Below are positions 7,901-16,916 of a stretch of DNA of 64,000 nt, piece after piece (within the stretch, counting starts at the first letter, position 1; the number at the start of each line of letters is the position of its first letter). The translations under genes were made by a program, and so were the position numbers. Under the pieces are notes generated by a model. That model was not told the DNA's origin and searched no databases. It was given only the letters and a program-made list of their open reading frames with translations. The DNA is from Gemmatimonadota bacterium (GTDB lineage: Bacteria > Gemmatimonadota > Gemmatimonadetes > Gemmatimonadales > Gemmatimonadaceae): contig JAZJZK010000005.1 of assembly GCA_040389905.1 (NCBI GenBank), positions 160,001 to 224,000 of the forward strand. Reading direction: 5' to 3'.

Positions 7901-8908
7901 ATGCGCCCGCTCGCGATCGCACTCGCTTTCACGCTGCCCCTTTCACTCTCGGCACAGCAAGGCAAAGTCGGCGCGTCAGAACCGAAGACGTACGACACGC
8001 CCTGGACCAACACGAGGCCGCGCGACCCCTACGTAGCGCCGAGCGGGCACGTGTGGTTCGTAGGACAAACGGGCAATTACGTCGCGAACCTCAATCCCAA
8101 GACGGGCGAGTTCAAGCGCTTCGAAATCGAGGAGGGCACGAATCCGCACAACCTCGTTGTCGATGCGAAAGGGACGGTGTGGTTCACCGGCAACGCGAAT
8201 GGACGCATCCTGAGAATGGATCCAGCGTCGGGCAAGGTGACGACGTTCATGATGCCGGATCCCGCAGTGAAGGATCCACACACCATGATCTTCGACAAGA
8301 AGGGCGACGCGTGGTTCACGGCACAGAATTCCGGATTCGTGGGGCGACTCACGCAGGCGGACGGCAAGATTCGCCTCTGGAAGATGGACGCCGGCTCTCG
8401 TCCGTATGGCATCTGGCTCGACTCGCATGATACCCCGTGGTTTGACCTGTTCGGGACCAACAAGCTCGGGACGATCGATCCCAAGTCGGGGGAGTTCAAG
8501 GCCGTACCGTTGCCGAACGAGCGCACGAGACCACGCCGCATCGCGATCACGCCCGATGACGTCGTCTGGTACGGCGACTACACGCGCGGAATGCTCGGGC
8601 GGCTCGATCCGAAGAGCGGCGCCGTCGAAGAGTTCGCGCTACCATCGGGAGCGGGGTCTCTGCCCTATGCAATGACCGTCGATGATCGCGGACGCATCTG
8701 GCTCGCGGAGACCGGGGTTCAGCCGAACCGGCTTGTTGCCTTCGATCCCGCTCGCCGCGCCTTCACGGAGAACGTGCCCATCGCCGCCGAGGGCAACAAC
8801 GCGATCCGGCACATGGTGTTCGACAAGAAGACTCGGCAAATCTGGTTCGGTGGCGACGCCAACATGATTGGGCGGTTGAACGTGTCCGCTCCGCCGCTCA
8901 TCCCCTGA
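7901..8908 (+). CDS. Exported Vgb (virginiamycin B lyase)-like beta-propeller protein
   Basis: Signal peptide; repeated P(H/Y)x(L/I)xxDxxGxxWF..G.IGRLDP blades; GGAG RBS. Confidence 0.85.
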   Translation: MRPLAIALAFTLPLSLSAQQGKVGASEPKTYDTPWTNTRPRDPYVAPSGHVWFVGQTGNYVANLNPKTGEFKRFEIEEGTNPHNLVVDAKGTVWFTGNANGRILRMDPASGKVTTFMMPDPAVKDPHTMIFDKKGDAWFTAQNSGFVGRLTQADGKIRLWKMDAGSRPYGIWLDSHDTPWFDLFGTNKLGTIDPKSGEFKAVPLPNERTRPRRIAITPDDVVWYGDYTRGMLGRLDPKSGAVEEFALPSGAGSLPYAMTVDDRGRIWLAETGVQPNRLVAFDPARRAFTENVPIAAEGNNAIRHMVFDKKTRQIWFGGDANMIGRLNVSAPPLIP

Positions 8909-9755
8909 CGACCAGCCGGCGCAGCCGACGTCCAATCCGCTCGAGTAAACGGGGAAACACGAGGCTCTCAGGCTCGGTGATCGTGTCGAAATGGGCAATG
9001 CGACCGATATAGCGCGCCGAGAAGCCGACGCCGCTGCACACGTTGCCGACGATCGCGCCGCAACGGGACAGCGCGAAGAGGTCGACGAAGAAATCCGTCG
9101 CGTCGGTCTGGCGAAGCCGATCGGGATGGAACGCGGCATCATGCACGAACACCGGCACTCCCAGGGTGCTGAGGCGTTCCATCCAATCGTGTCTCCCCTC
9201 GGCGGAATCGCTGGCGATGAAAACACTATCGATTGCACCGGAGCTCACCTTGCGGCGAACGTGCTGTTCCATCGCCTGGTCTCCGCGCGCGGATTCCTGT
9301 GGTGAAAGTTCATAGCGGCTTGGCCATTCTCGCACCTTGTCCGTTCGCCGCACATGTACGCCAAGCGTCCGCCGCGATACCGGCAAGGCGTCGAGAAGCG
9401 CCCGGACCGCTGGCTTCGGCTGAATGAGCGTGTACGAATCGATCCAATGGTGAAGGAAGTCGACAGCAGTGACATCGAGACCGGCCGGGAGATGTTTCTG
9501 CGCGCTGTCCAGCGCGGGACTCGCATGCGGCGTAAGGCTTCTGCTCCCGGCAGGTGGGGTCCCCTCAAAGGGGCGCAGCTCGAGACCGTCGAATTCGATC
9601 GAATCGCACATCCGGTAGGGACAGTGCTTCGAGGGCGGTTCGTGGAGTTCGAGTAACGCATCGCCGCTCAGGCGCGCGACCGCCATGAAATAGGTAACGG
9701 CCCGCAGCCGGTCACAAAGTCCGTGGTCCCGCGATATGGTGAGATCGACGATCAT
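8898..9755 (-). CDS. Putative GT-B glycosyltransferase (NodZ / O-fucosyltransferase-like)
   Basis: GLCDRL N-terminal motif, GVHVRRTDK, FIASDS, DLFALSRC, SGVG resemble GDP-fucose-binding motifs; start moved to ATG 9755. Confidence 0.65.
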   Translation of the reverse strand: MIVDLTISRDHGLCDRLRAVTYFMAVARLSGDALLELHEPPSKHCPYRMCDSIEFDGLELRPFEGTPPAGSRSLTPHASPALDSAQKHLPAGLDVTAVDFLHHWIDSYTLIQPKPAVRALLDALPVSRRTLGVHVRRTDKVREWPSRYELSPQESARGDQAMEQHVRRKVSSGAIDSVFIASDSAEGRHDWMERLSTLGVPVFVHDAAFHPDRLRQTDATDFFVDLFALSRCGAIVGNVCSGVGFSARYIGRIAHFDTITEPESLVFPRLLERIGRRLRRLVVRG

Positions 9756-9823
9756 CCGGAATCCTACACGTCGAACGGTTGTCCGACATACGCACCGTCG
9801 GAGGCGCTCGCCAAATGAAGCAC

Positions 9824-10552
9824 CTAGCGACCGCTCCGATCGGTCCGTTCCTGGGCCACTGTTCCGGCCAACTCCGCTCGGATCTGTTGACGAATTGCGA
9901 CCGCACGCTTCAGCGCGGCGCGGTAGACGGATAACTGTGCGTCCTTGAAGATCTTGTTTGTGCGAACGAGGTTCCGGAACTGGTCGCGCTTCTGCACGCT
10001 GCGATACACGGCACTCATGCCAGTCGCTTGCTCGGCACCACCCGTCCCCTCCACGAAGGGCGCCGTCTCGTCGAGGTACGGAATGAATCGGTCGAGAATG
10101 AAGTTGCGATTGATCCCATCCCATTCTGCCGTGCGGATGTACTCCCGGTTGTAGAGACTCGTGAGCTCCGAGAGTAGCGCCCGATTCCGGATCAACCGCG
10201 AGCCCGCAAGTTGTTCGAGTTCATGGTACGCCGTCTGTGTTGGAGTGAACACCGCGTAGCTGATGGCCTGATCCATATACGAATCGAGACTGTCTGGAGG
10301 CCCTCCAGACAGCAGGCCATTGTACGCGCTGACGATTCGTTCGAGCTGCACGCACCGCTTGGCAAGGTACGCCGAGTCCGCGGTAAGGTTCTCGCCAATG
10401 GCGGTCCAGTGGCGTCGTTCCTCGCGCCGGTCCTCGCGATCGCGTCGCCACTCGTCGAGCGCAAACGAGATCGAGATCCCCGCCACCACGACGAAGAGCT
10501 CGATGATGAGGCGCGGCCAGTCGGTGCGGATGGTCCTTAAGAATCGCTGCAC
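9824..10552 (-). CDS. Membrane-anchored hypothetical protein (DUF6090-like)
   Basis: ELFVVVAGISISFALDEW anchor followed by charged helical region. Confidence 0.7.
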   Translation of the reverse strand: MQRFLRTIRTDWPRLIIELFVVVAGISISFALDEWRRDREDRREERRHWTAIGENLTADSAYLAKRCVQLERIVSAYNGLLSGGPPDSLDSYMDQAISYAVFTPTQTAYHELEQLAGSRLIRNRALLSELTSLYNREYIRTAEWDGINRNFILDRFIPYLDETAPFVEGTGGAEQATGMSAVYRSVQKRDQFRNLVRTNKIFKDAQLSVYRAALKRAVAIRQQIRAELAGTVAQERTDRSGR

Positions 10553-10676
10553 GATGCGATGGGATTACGAGTCCAGTCGAAAATCGTACGCCGAGCGCTG
10601 CATTGCCAGAGGACCCACTCGATTGCACTTTCTGGGACGTCCATCGTGGCTCACCGCCTCTCACCAGGATACAAAC

Positions 10677-13600
10677 ATGTTCGCACGGATCGCGTCGTCA
10701 CGACTCGCTTGCGCTGCTCTCTGCGCCGTGGCCCTGCTCCCTGCGCCAGCACGCGCACAGCGAGGTGCGGCAGGGCCGCCGCGAGATTCCATGCAGGAGC
10801 TACTCCCGCTTCGACCGACCCGGACGCTGTCCTTCACGACGAAGGTGGGCAACTGGATGTCCTCGGATGTGAGCTCCGACGGAAAGACCATCGCCTTCGA
10901 CCTGCTCGGCGACATCTACACGATGCCGATTACCGGCGGCAAGGCCACGGCGCTGACGCGCGGCATGGGATTCGATGCGCAACCGCGTTTCTCCCCGGAT
11001 GGAAAGAAGATCGTCTACGTGAGCGATCGGACCGGCGGCTACAACCTCTGGACGATCACCGTGGACAAGAAGGACACGGTGCAGATCACCACGGGTAACA
11101 CGAATACCTACGAGTCGCCGATCTGGACGCCGGACGGCAAGTACATCATTGCGACGCGCGGCTCCAAGCTGTGGCTCTTTCCCGCGTCCGGCGGCGCGGG
11201 CATTCAACTCATTCGCGATTCAACCGCAGCCGGTGGAGCGGGAGGACGTGGGGGCGGCGGCGCGGACGTTGGCCGCGAAGAGGGGCCCGCCTTCGGTAAG
11301 GATCCGCGCTACATCTATTTCGCCGAACGTCGGGGCCGCTGGGTCTACAACACGCCGCTCGGCGACTATGACCTGATGCAGTACGATCGCGAGACCGGAC
11401 GTGTCACGACGAAGGAGAATCGCTGGGGATCCGCTTTTCGTCCGACGCTTTCGCCCGACGGAAAGTGGCTCGTCTACGGAACGCGCTACGTCGATCAGAC
11501 TCGCCTTCGCATCCGGAATCTCACGACGAACGAAGAGGAGTGGTTAACGGGGCCCGTCCAGCGCGATGATCAGGAATCGCTCGCGACGCTGGACGTCTAT
11601 CCCGGCATGAGCTTCACGCCCGACTCGAAGTATCTCGTCACGACCTGGAGCGGCAAGTTCTGGAAAGTTGCCGTCGACACGAAGCAGGCAACCGAAATCC
11701 CGTTCGAAGCCGACGTGTTCCAGGCGCTGGGACCAAAGGTCGCGTTCGATTATCGGATTCCGGACTCGACGACCTTTGTCATCAAGCAGATCCGCGATGC
11801 CGTTCCCAGCCCTGACGGGAAGAAGCTCGCGTTCGTTGCGCTCGATCGGTTGTACGTGATGGATTATCCGAACGGTACACCGAAGCGCCTCACGAATGTC
11901 GATCGCGGCGAGTTCGAGCCGGCATGGAGTCCGGACGGGCAATGGATCGCGTACACGACGTGGGACGACAGCATTGGCTATCTCAATCGAATGCGGAGCG
12001 ATGGCACCGGCCGTCCTCAGCGCGTGACCCCGCAGGAAGGGCTGTGGACGAACCCCGTGTACACGCCGAACGGGACGCGCATCGTCGCCACGAGAGCGCC
12101 ATCGCGCGCATTTCGCACGGCGGCCAGCGGCGGAGGTGGCCGAGGTGGTGGGGGTGGAGAACTCATGTGGATCCCCGCCGGTGGTGGACCATCGACCTTC
12201 ATCGCCGACGCCGCGGGCGACGTGCATTTCAGCGCACGTGATACCTCCCGCATTTTCGGCTACTCTGGCGGTCGAGGTCTCTACTCGATGCGCTGGGACG
12301 GAACGGACATCAAGCAGATCCTTCGTATCACGGGCGCCGCTCCAGCTGGCGGCGGCGGTGGCGGGCGTGGCGGCGGCGCCGCGTGGGCACAGATTTCACC
12401 AGACGGTCAGCACGTGCTCGCGCAGATCAACACCGATCTCTATTACATCCCTGACATTCCCTGGCCTGGCGGCGCGGAGCCGACAATCTCGGTTGGCGAA
12501 GGTCGAGGCGGCGGGGGAGGAGACGCCGCGGGTGGCGGTGGTCAGGCCTTCCCGTCGCGCAAGCTGACGGACATCGGCGCACAGTTCCCGCATTGGGGTG
12601 CAGACGGCAACACGATTCATTGGTCCATCGGCAACGCGCACGCCGTGTATGACGTCGCACGCGCTATGGCGTTCGATGATTCTGTCCGCAAAGCCAACCC
12701 GGCACGCGCCGGGGGTGGTGGTGGCGCCGGCGCCGATTCGACGGGAGACGCTGGAGGCGGACGTGGCGGGCGAGGTGGCAGGCCTCCTCTTCCGACGTAC
12801 AAGGCCGTTGAGACGCGAATTCGCGTCAACGCCGAACGCGACATTCCGAAGGCGACGGCCGTTCTGAAAGGCGCTCGCATCATCACGATGAACGGCAATC
12901 AGATCATCGAGCGCGGGGACATCGTCATCACCAACAACAAGATCACCGCGGTTGGACCCAGTGGCACGCTCGCTGTTCCATCAGGAGCGCGCGAGATCGA
13001 CGTCAGCGGGAAAACGATTGCGCCCGGATTCGTGGACACGCACGCGCACCTTCGTGTCGCGAACAACGTCCACCGCGATCCCGTGTGGAGCTACGCTGCG
13101 AACCTCGCGTACGGTGTCACAACGGCACGCGATCCACAGACCGGATCGACGGACGTCCTGACGTACGAGGACCAGGAGAAGGCCGGAAAGGTTCTCGCGC
13201 CGCGCATCTACTCGACGGGCCCCGGCGTTTTTGCCGCTGAGAATATCCGGAGCCTCGAGAACGCACGAACGGTGCTCAAACGCTACGCCGAGTACTACGA
13301 CACCAAGACCATCAAGGAGTATCAGACCGGCAATCGTGAAGTCCGGCAGTGGGTCATCCAGGCCGCCAATGAGCTGAAGCTCATGCCGACGACGGAAGGT
13401 GGCCTCGACGTCAAGATGAACATGACGGAAGCCATCGACGGGTACAGTGGCCACGAGCATACGATTCCGACGTACCCACTGCAGTCTGACGTGATTCGCT
13501 TGCTTACGGAATCCGGCATCACCTACACCCCGACGATCATCGTCGCGTACGGCGCGCCGTGGGGCGAGAACTACTGGTACGAGCACATGGACCTGCTCCA

Positions 13601-14156
13601 CGATGCGAAGCTGCAACTCTTCACGCCATGGAGTGACCTCGAGAGCAAAATCCTGCGTCGCGGCGGCTCGCCAGGAGCCGTTACGACGATGGCGCAGGCC
13701 GGATGGTTCCACGACACCCAATATCCGATGAAGCTCGTCGGCGGCGACATCAAGCACCTCATCGATGCAGGCGGCAATGCGGGTGTCGGTTCACACGGCC
13801 AGCAGCAAGGTATCGGCTATCACTGGGAGCTGTGGAACCTCGGTATGGGCGACGGCATGACGCCCATGGACGCCCTCAAGATCGCAACCACACTCGGCGC
13901 GAACGCCCTCGGACTCGGCAAGGATGTCGGGTCGATCGAGGTCGGCAAGATGGCCGACCTCGTGGTGTTCGACCGCAACCCGCTCGACAACCTGCAGAAC
14001 ACGTCGTCTCTGAAATACGTGATGAAGAATGGCAGGCTCTACGACGCGACCAACCTCGACGAGGTGTATCCGCGGAAGGTGAAAGGCGCGCCGTTCCCGT
14101 GGAACGAGGACGAGTCGCCCACGCGCGACAAGCTCAAGGCGACACTGCCGAAATAG
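10677..14156 (+). CDS. Exported amidohydrolase with N-terminal TolB/PD40-like beta-propellers
   Basis: Signal peptide; repeated PxxSPDGK blades; PGFVDTHAH metal motif; GSIEVGKMADLVV; start moved to ATG 10677 after AGGA. Confidence 0.9.
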   Translation: MFARIASSRLACAALCAVALLPAPARAQRGAAGPPRDSMQELLPLRPTRTLSFTTKVGNWMSSDVSSDGKTIAFDLLGDIYTMPITGGKATALTRGMGFDAQPRFSPDGKKIVYVSDRTGGYNLWTITVDKKDTVQITTGNTNTYESPIWTPDGKYIIATRGSKLWLFPASGGAGIQLIRDSTAAGGAGGRGGGGADVGREEGPAFGKDPRYIYFAERRGRWVYNTPLGDYDLMQYDRETGRVTTKENRWGSAFRPTLSPDGKWLVYGTRYVDQTRLRIRNLTTNEEEWLTGPVQRDDQESLATLDVYPGMSFTPDSKYLVTTWSGKFWKVAVDTKQATEIPFEADVFQALGPKVAFDYRIPDSTTFVIKQIRDAVPSPDGKKLAFVALDRLYVMDYPNGTPKRLTNVDRGEFEPAWSPDGQWIAYTTWDDSIGYLNRMRSDGTGRPQRVTPQEGLWTNPVYTPNGTRIVATRAPSRAFRTAASGGGGRGGGGGELMWIPAGGGPSTFIADAAGDVHFSARDTSRIFGYSGGRGLYSMRWDGTDIKQILRITGAAPAGGGGGGRGGGAAWAQISPDGQHVLAQINTDLYYIPDIPWPGGAEPTISVGEGRGGGGGDAAGGGGQAFPSRKLTDIGAQFPHWGADGNTIHWSIGNAHAVYDVARAMAFDDSVRKANPARAGGGGGAGADSTGDAGGGRGGRGGRPPLPTYKAVETRIRVNAERDIPKATAVLKGARIITMNGNQIIERGDIVITNNKITAVGPSGTLAVPSGAREIDVSGKTIAPGFVDTHAHLRVANNVHRDPVWSYAANLAYGVTTARDPQTGSTDVLTYEDQEKAGKVLAPRIYSTGPGVFAAENIRSLENARTVLKRYAEYYDTKTIKEYQTGNREVRQWVIQAANELKLMPTTEGGLDVKMNMTEAIDGYSGHEHTIPTYPLQSDVIRLLTESGITYTPTIIVAYGAPWGENYWYEHMDLLHDAKLQLFTPWSDLESKILRRGGSPGAVTTMAQAGWFHDTQYPMKLVGGDIKHLIDAGGNAGVGSHGQQQGIGYHWELWNLGMGDGMTPMDALKIATTLGANALGLGKDVGSIEVGKMADLVVFDRNPLDNLQNTSSLKYVMKNGRLYDATNLDEVYPRKVKGAPFPWNEDESPTRDKLKATLPK

Positions 14157-14167
14157 GAGGAGATCGC

Positions 14168-14674
14168 TTGGCTGATACGGAATGGTGGCAGCGTGGGCCG
14201 GTGGACGGTGTTCCGCCCGCGCTGCAGCCCGTTGCGCATATCCTGCTTCAGGTGCGCGAGAGTGTGCATGAACTGGTCGAGGGCTTATCGGACGAGCAAT
14301 GGAATGCTCGCCCCGCAGGAGTCGCTTCCGCGGCCTTTCACGTGCGCCACATCGCGGGCGTCGTGGACCGATTGTTCACGTATGCGCGCGGATCCGGTCT
14401 TTCGGAGGAGCAGTTTGCCGCGCTGCGAGCGGATCAGCTGCCCGTTCTCGTCGATGATGTACCCATTATCATGACGGCGCTCGACGACCGCATTGAGGCA
14501 GCCGTCGCCGAACTGCGCAGGGTCGACCCCGCGACGCTCGGCGACTGGCGCGGTGTGGGCCGTGCGCAACTACCGTCCACCGTCATCGGCTGCCTTGTGC
14601 ACGGCGCGGAACACGCCATGCGTCACGTGGGGCAGCTTTCGGTCACCGTGCGCGTTGTGCGCGGGACGTCCTGA
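14168..14674 (+). CDS. DinB/YfiT family protein
   Basis: TTG start after GGAGGAG; FHVRHIAG and HGAEHAMRHVGQ His motifs. Confidence 0.85.
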   Translation: MADTEWWQRGPVDGVPPALQPVAHILLQVRESVHELVEGLSDEQWNARPAGVASAAFHVRHIAGVVDRLFTYARGSGLSEEQFAALRADQLPVLVDDVPIIMTALDDRIEAAVAELRRVDPATLGDWRGVGRAQLPSTVIGCLVHGAEHAMRHVGQLSVTVRVVRGTS

Positions 14675-14679
14675 GCGTT

Positions 14680-14714
14680 GCTTGTTTTGTCGCCCTGAGC
14701 GAAGCGAAGGGCCC
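14680..14714 (-). repeat. REP-like element family A
   Basis: GCTTGTTTTGTCGCCCTGAGCGAAGCGAAGGGCCC, reverse complement of family consensus. Confidence 0.8.
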
Positions 14715-14767
14715 GGACCTGCCTTGCAGTTCGAGTGGAGCGTTTCGCAAGTATCGATAGCACGGTA

Positions 14768-14943
14768 GCACCGGCACATTGAACGCGGATTGAGCGGATT
14801 GACCAGCGAAACAGTGATGGGTTCGGGGAGTCACGACAGAAGCAGTTGACCGTGACGTCTTCAAGCAAATGCTTCTCGTGTTTTCACGCTTGATCATTGT
14901 TCTTCTTTTCGATTCGCTCAATCCGCGTTCAAGGTGCCGGCGC
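14768..14943. repeat. Palindromic REP/MITE-like element, family B (copy 2)
   Basis: About 33-nt inverted arms (14768-14800 and 14911-14943) containing GAACGCGGATTGAGCG / CGCTCAATCCGCGTTC, AT-rich interior. Confidence 0.8.
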
Positions 14944-15094
14944 GCCGACCGACTCGGACCCGGCAGAACGAGCGGAAATTCAGCGCAGGAGCGCGACACT
15001 CAGCACCGCACGACCGCCGGCCGCAGACCACCGGAAGGATCCGTGATTGTCTCTTCGTCAGCATCCGGTGAAGTTATCTGGAGACCCGACGGAC

Positions 15095-15757
15095 ATGACG
15101 ATGAGTGAACGAGTTGGTTTGTACCTCAGAGTGACGCCGGGGCCGGGCGTCCTCCATCAGTTGACTGGCGTGATTGCGCGGCATGGCGGCGATATCGTAT
15201 CGGTTGACATAGCGAGCGGCGCCGGGGACGAAGCCCGCGTCAACTTCGAGATCATCGTCGATGGCGATGCAGCGCCGCTCGTCGGCGAACTCGACGCCTT
15301 GGCGATCGTCCACGAAGTGCAGCGCGTAAACACGCTTCAGCAAGTCTACGGAAAACGGATCATCATCATGGGGGGCGGCGCACAGGTGGGGCAGGTCGCC
15401 ATCGGCGCCATCTCGGAAGCGGACCGGCACAACATCCGCGGTGAACGCATTTCGGTGGACACGATTCCCCTCGTTGGCGAGCAACCGCTCGCCGACGCGG
15501 TACGCGCCGTTGCCCGGCTGCCGCGCGCTCGTGCACTGGTGCTCGCCGGTTCATTGATGGGCGGTGACATCGAACGCGCGGTGCGCGAGGTTCGCACACA
15601 AGGGCTGTTGGTCGTCAGCCTCAACATGGCGGGGAGCGTTCCCGACGCGGCGGATCTCGTGGTCACGGATCCGGTGCAGGCCGGCGTCATGACCGTCATG
15701 GCTATTGCCGATACGGCGCGGTTCAACGTCGAACGTTTGCAGCGTCGAGTGTTCTGA
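15095..15757 (+). CDS. ACT-domain protein with DUF5612-like C-terminal domain
   Basis: N-terminal ACT (PGVLHQLTGVIA..GGDI); GKRIIIMGGGAQVGQVAIGAISEADRHNIRGERISVDTIP, LAGSLMGG, DPVQAG. Confidence 0.85.
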   Translation: MTMSERVGLYLRVTPGPGVLHQLTGVIARHGGDIVSVDIASGAGDEARVNFEIIVDGDAAPLVGELDALAIVHEVQRVNTLQQVYGKRIIIMGGGAQVGQVAIGAISEADRHNIRGERISVDTIPLVGEQPLADAVRAVARLPRARALVLAGSLMGGDIERAVREVRTQGLLVVSLNMAGSVPDAADLVVTDPVQAGVMTVMAIADTARFNVERLQRRVF

Positions 15758-15775
15758 GGCCGGCGCGCAACCCTG

Positions 15776-15891
15776 TTGTCATCCCGAGCGAAGTCGAGGG
15801 ATATGCACGTTCAGTCTGGGTTTGTGGTGCAGACCCCTCGACTCGCGGAGCCTGCCCTGAGCGTAGCGAATGGGCTCGCTCGGGGTGACAA
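15776..15891. repeat. REPIN-like inverted doublet, family A'
   Basis: TTGTCATCCCGAGCGAAGTCGAGGGATATGCAC ... GTGCAGACCCCTCGACTCGC..GCTCGGGGTGACAA, with an inner CCCTGAGCGTAGCGAATGGG hairpin; between convergent genes. Confidence 0.8.
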
Positions 15892-15914
15892 ATCGTTTAC
15901 AAGACGGCAGCGTC

Positions 15915-16313
15915 CTACCGGACGGCGACGAAACCGCGCTCGCGGAGCAGCGCGCGATCGAACGTCGCTACGGTGTCGCACTCAGCGGCTCGCGCGTGCT
16001 CGCGGATGAGATAGTCAGCGAAATCACCCTTGCCCGTCTCGAAGGCATCGAGCGCGCGGATCAACTCGTCTGCCGCGCGGAATCTCAGGTGCCGTGCGCG
16101 AAAGAGATTTCGGAGCACGCTCGCGACCTCCTTTCGCCCGACGCGATAGCTGACGGACATCACCCAGACAATCTCACACACCACCACGTCGGACACGAAG
16201 AGCGTCTCGTCCTCGGCGATGGCGCGATCGATGAGCGACGCCGCCAACGCTCCCTGCTTTGCGTCGTCGTCGACCAGATACCGGACGAGGACGTTGGTGT
16301 CCAGCGCGATCAC
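15915..16313 (-). CDS. vapC: PIN-domain toxin (VapC family)
   Basis: IALDTNVLVR, E in VVCEIVWV, DFADYLI, TFDR acidic PIN residues; overlaps antitoxin stop (GTGA). Confidence 0.92.
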   Translation of the reverse strand: MIALDTNVLVRYLVDDDAKQGALAASLIDRAIAEDETLFVSDVVVCEIVWVMSVSYRVGRKEVASVLRNLFRARHLRFRAADELIRALDAFETGKGDFADYLIREHARAAECDTVATFDRALLRERGFVAVR

Positions 16314-16549
16314 GTCCCCGATCCGCCCCGACGCACGGCGTCGTTCATCTGCTCGATGCTGACGTGGCGTCCGCCGGCCTTCACGATACCACGCAACGAC
16401 GGAAGATCCACCGTCTCCGCCTCGACCGTGACGGTGCCGTCGTCATGGATGACGAAGCTCATTCGGTCACCGGCCTGCAACTGCAGCGTCTCGCGCACCA
16501 CCTTCGGTACCGTGATCTGTCCCTTGCTCGTGATCTTGCTGCCGCTCAT
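16310..16549 (-). CDS. AbrB/MazE/SpoVT family antitoxin
   Basis: ITSKGQITVPKVVRETLQLQAGD swapped-hairpin motif; directly upstream of PIN toxin. Confidence 0.92.
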   Translation of the reverse strand: MSGSKITSKGQITVPKVVRETLQLQAGDRMSFVIHDDGTVTVEAETVDLPSLRGIVKAGGRHVSIEQMNDAVRRGGSGT

Positions 16550-16584
16550 CCTTACCTCCGATACTATTCCTTACACAAGGTAAT
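16550..16584 (-). promoter_or_regulatory. Putative TA promoter/operator
   Basis: On minus strand: ATTACCTT-GTGT-AAGGAAT inverted repeat, TAGTAT -10-like box, two GTAAGG copies, GGAGG RBS. Confidence 0.5.
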
Positions 16585-16615
16585 GCCACCACGACAGGTT
16601 GCCAATACCGATCCA

Positions 16616-16795
16616 CTACGTCGTCGAGCGAATCGTGGCCAAACGCAATGCCCACCCACAGAGCGCCGCCGCGACAACGGTAATTGCGACGAACGGCGGC
16701 TTGGCCACCCCGCTGCCCTCGACGAAAATGCGCCACACGTGTGCCGCGGCGAGCAAGCCAAAAACAACTCCAGTCGTGATGACATAGGCTCTCAT
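16616..16795 (-). CDS. Small two-helix membrane protein (59 aa)
   Basis: MRAYVITTGVVFGLLAAAHVWR.. two hydrophobic segments; GGAG RBS. Confidence 0.65.
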   Translation of the reverse strand: MRAYVITTGVVFGLLAAAHVWRIFVEGSGVAKPPFVAITVVAAALCGWALRLATIRSTT

Positions 16796-16916
16796 CTGGG
16801 TAGCTCCGGTCTGAAGAAGAGGGTGGCGGCGAGATAACAAATCCTTATGTCTGTTGGCCCGAACCGCAACAGCATACGGCATCGACGTTCCTCTCGATTG
16901 GTGGTAAGCTACGCGA

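Noticed and set aside
7901..8908. Bona fide streptogramin resistance gene vgb
   Set aside because: It has a signal peptide and only fold-level resemblance; such propellers are common and resistance cannot be inferred.
10320..10676. 1278-aa version of the amidohydrolase
   Set aside because: The extension overlaps the opposite-strand gene at 9824-10552; the signal peptide begins at ATG 10677.
13703..14167. Long N-terminal extension or frameshift fusion of DinB with the amidohydrolase
   Set aside because: Off-frame shadow of the upstream gene; a TTG with GGAGGAG at 14168 explains the DinB start.
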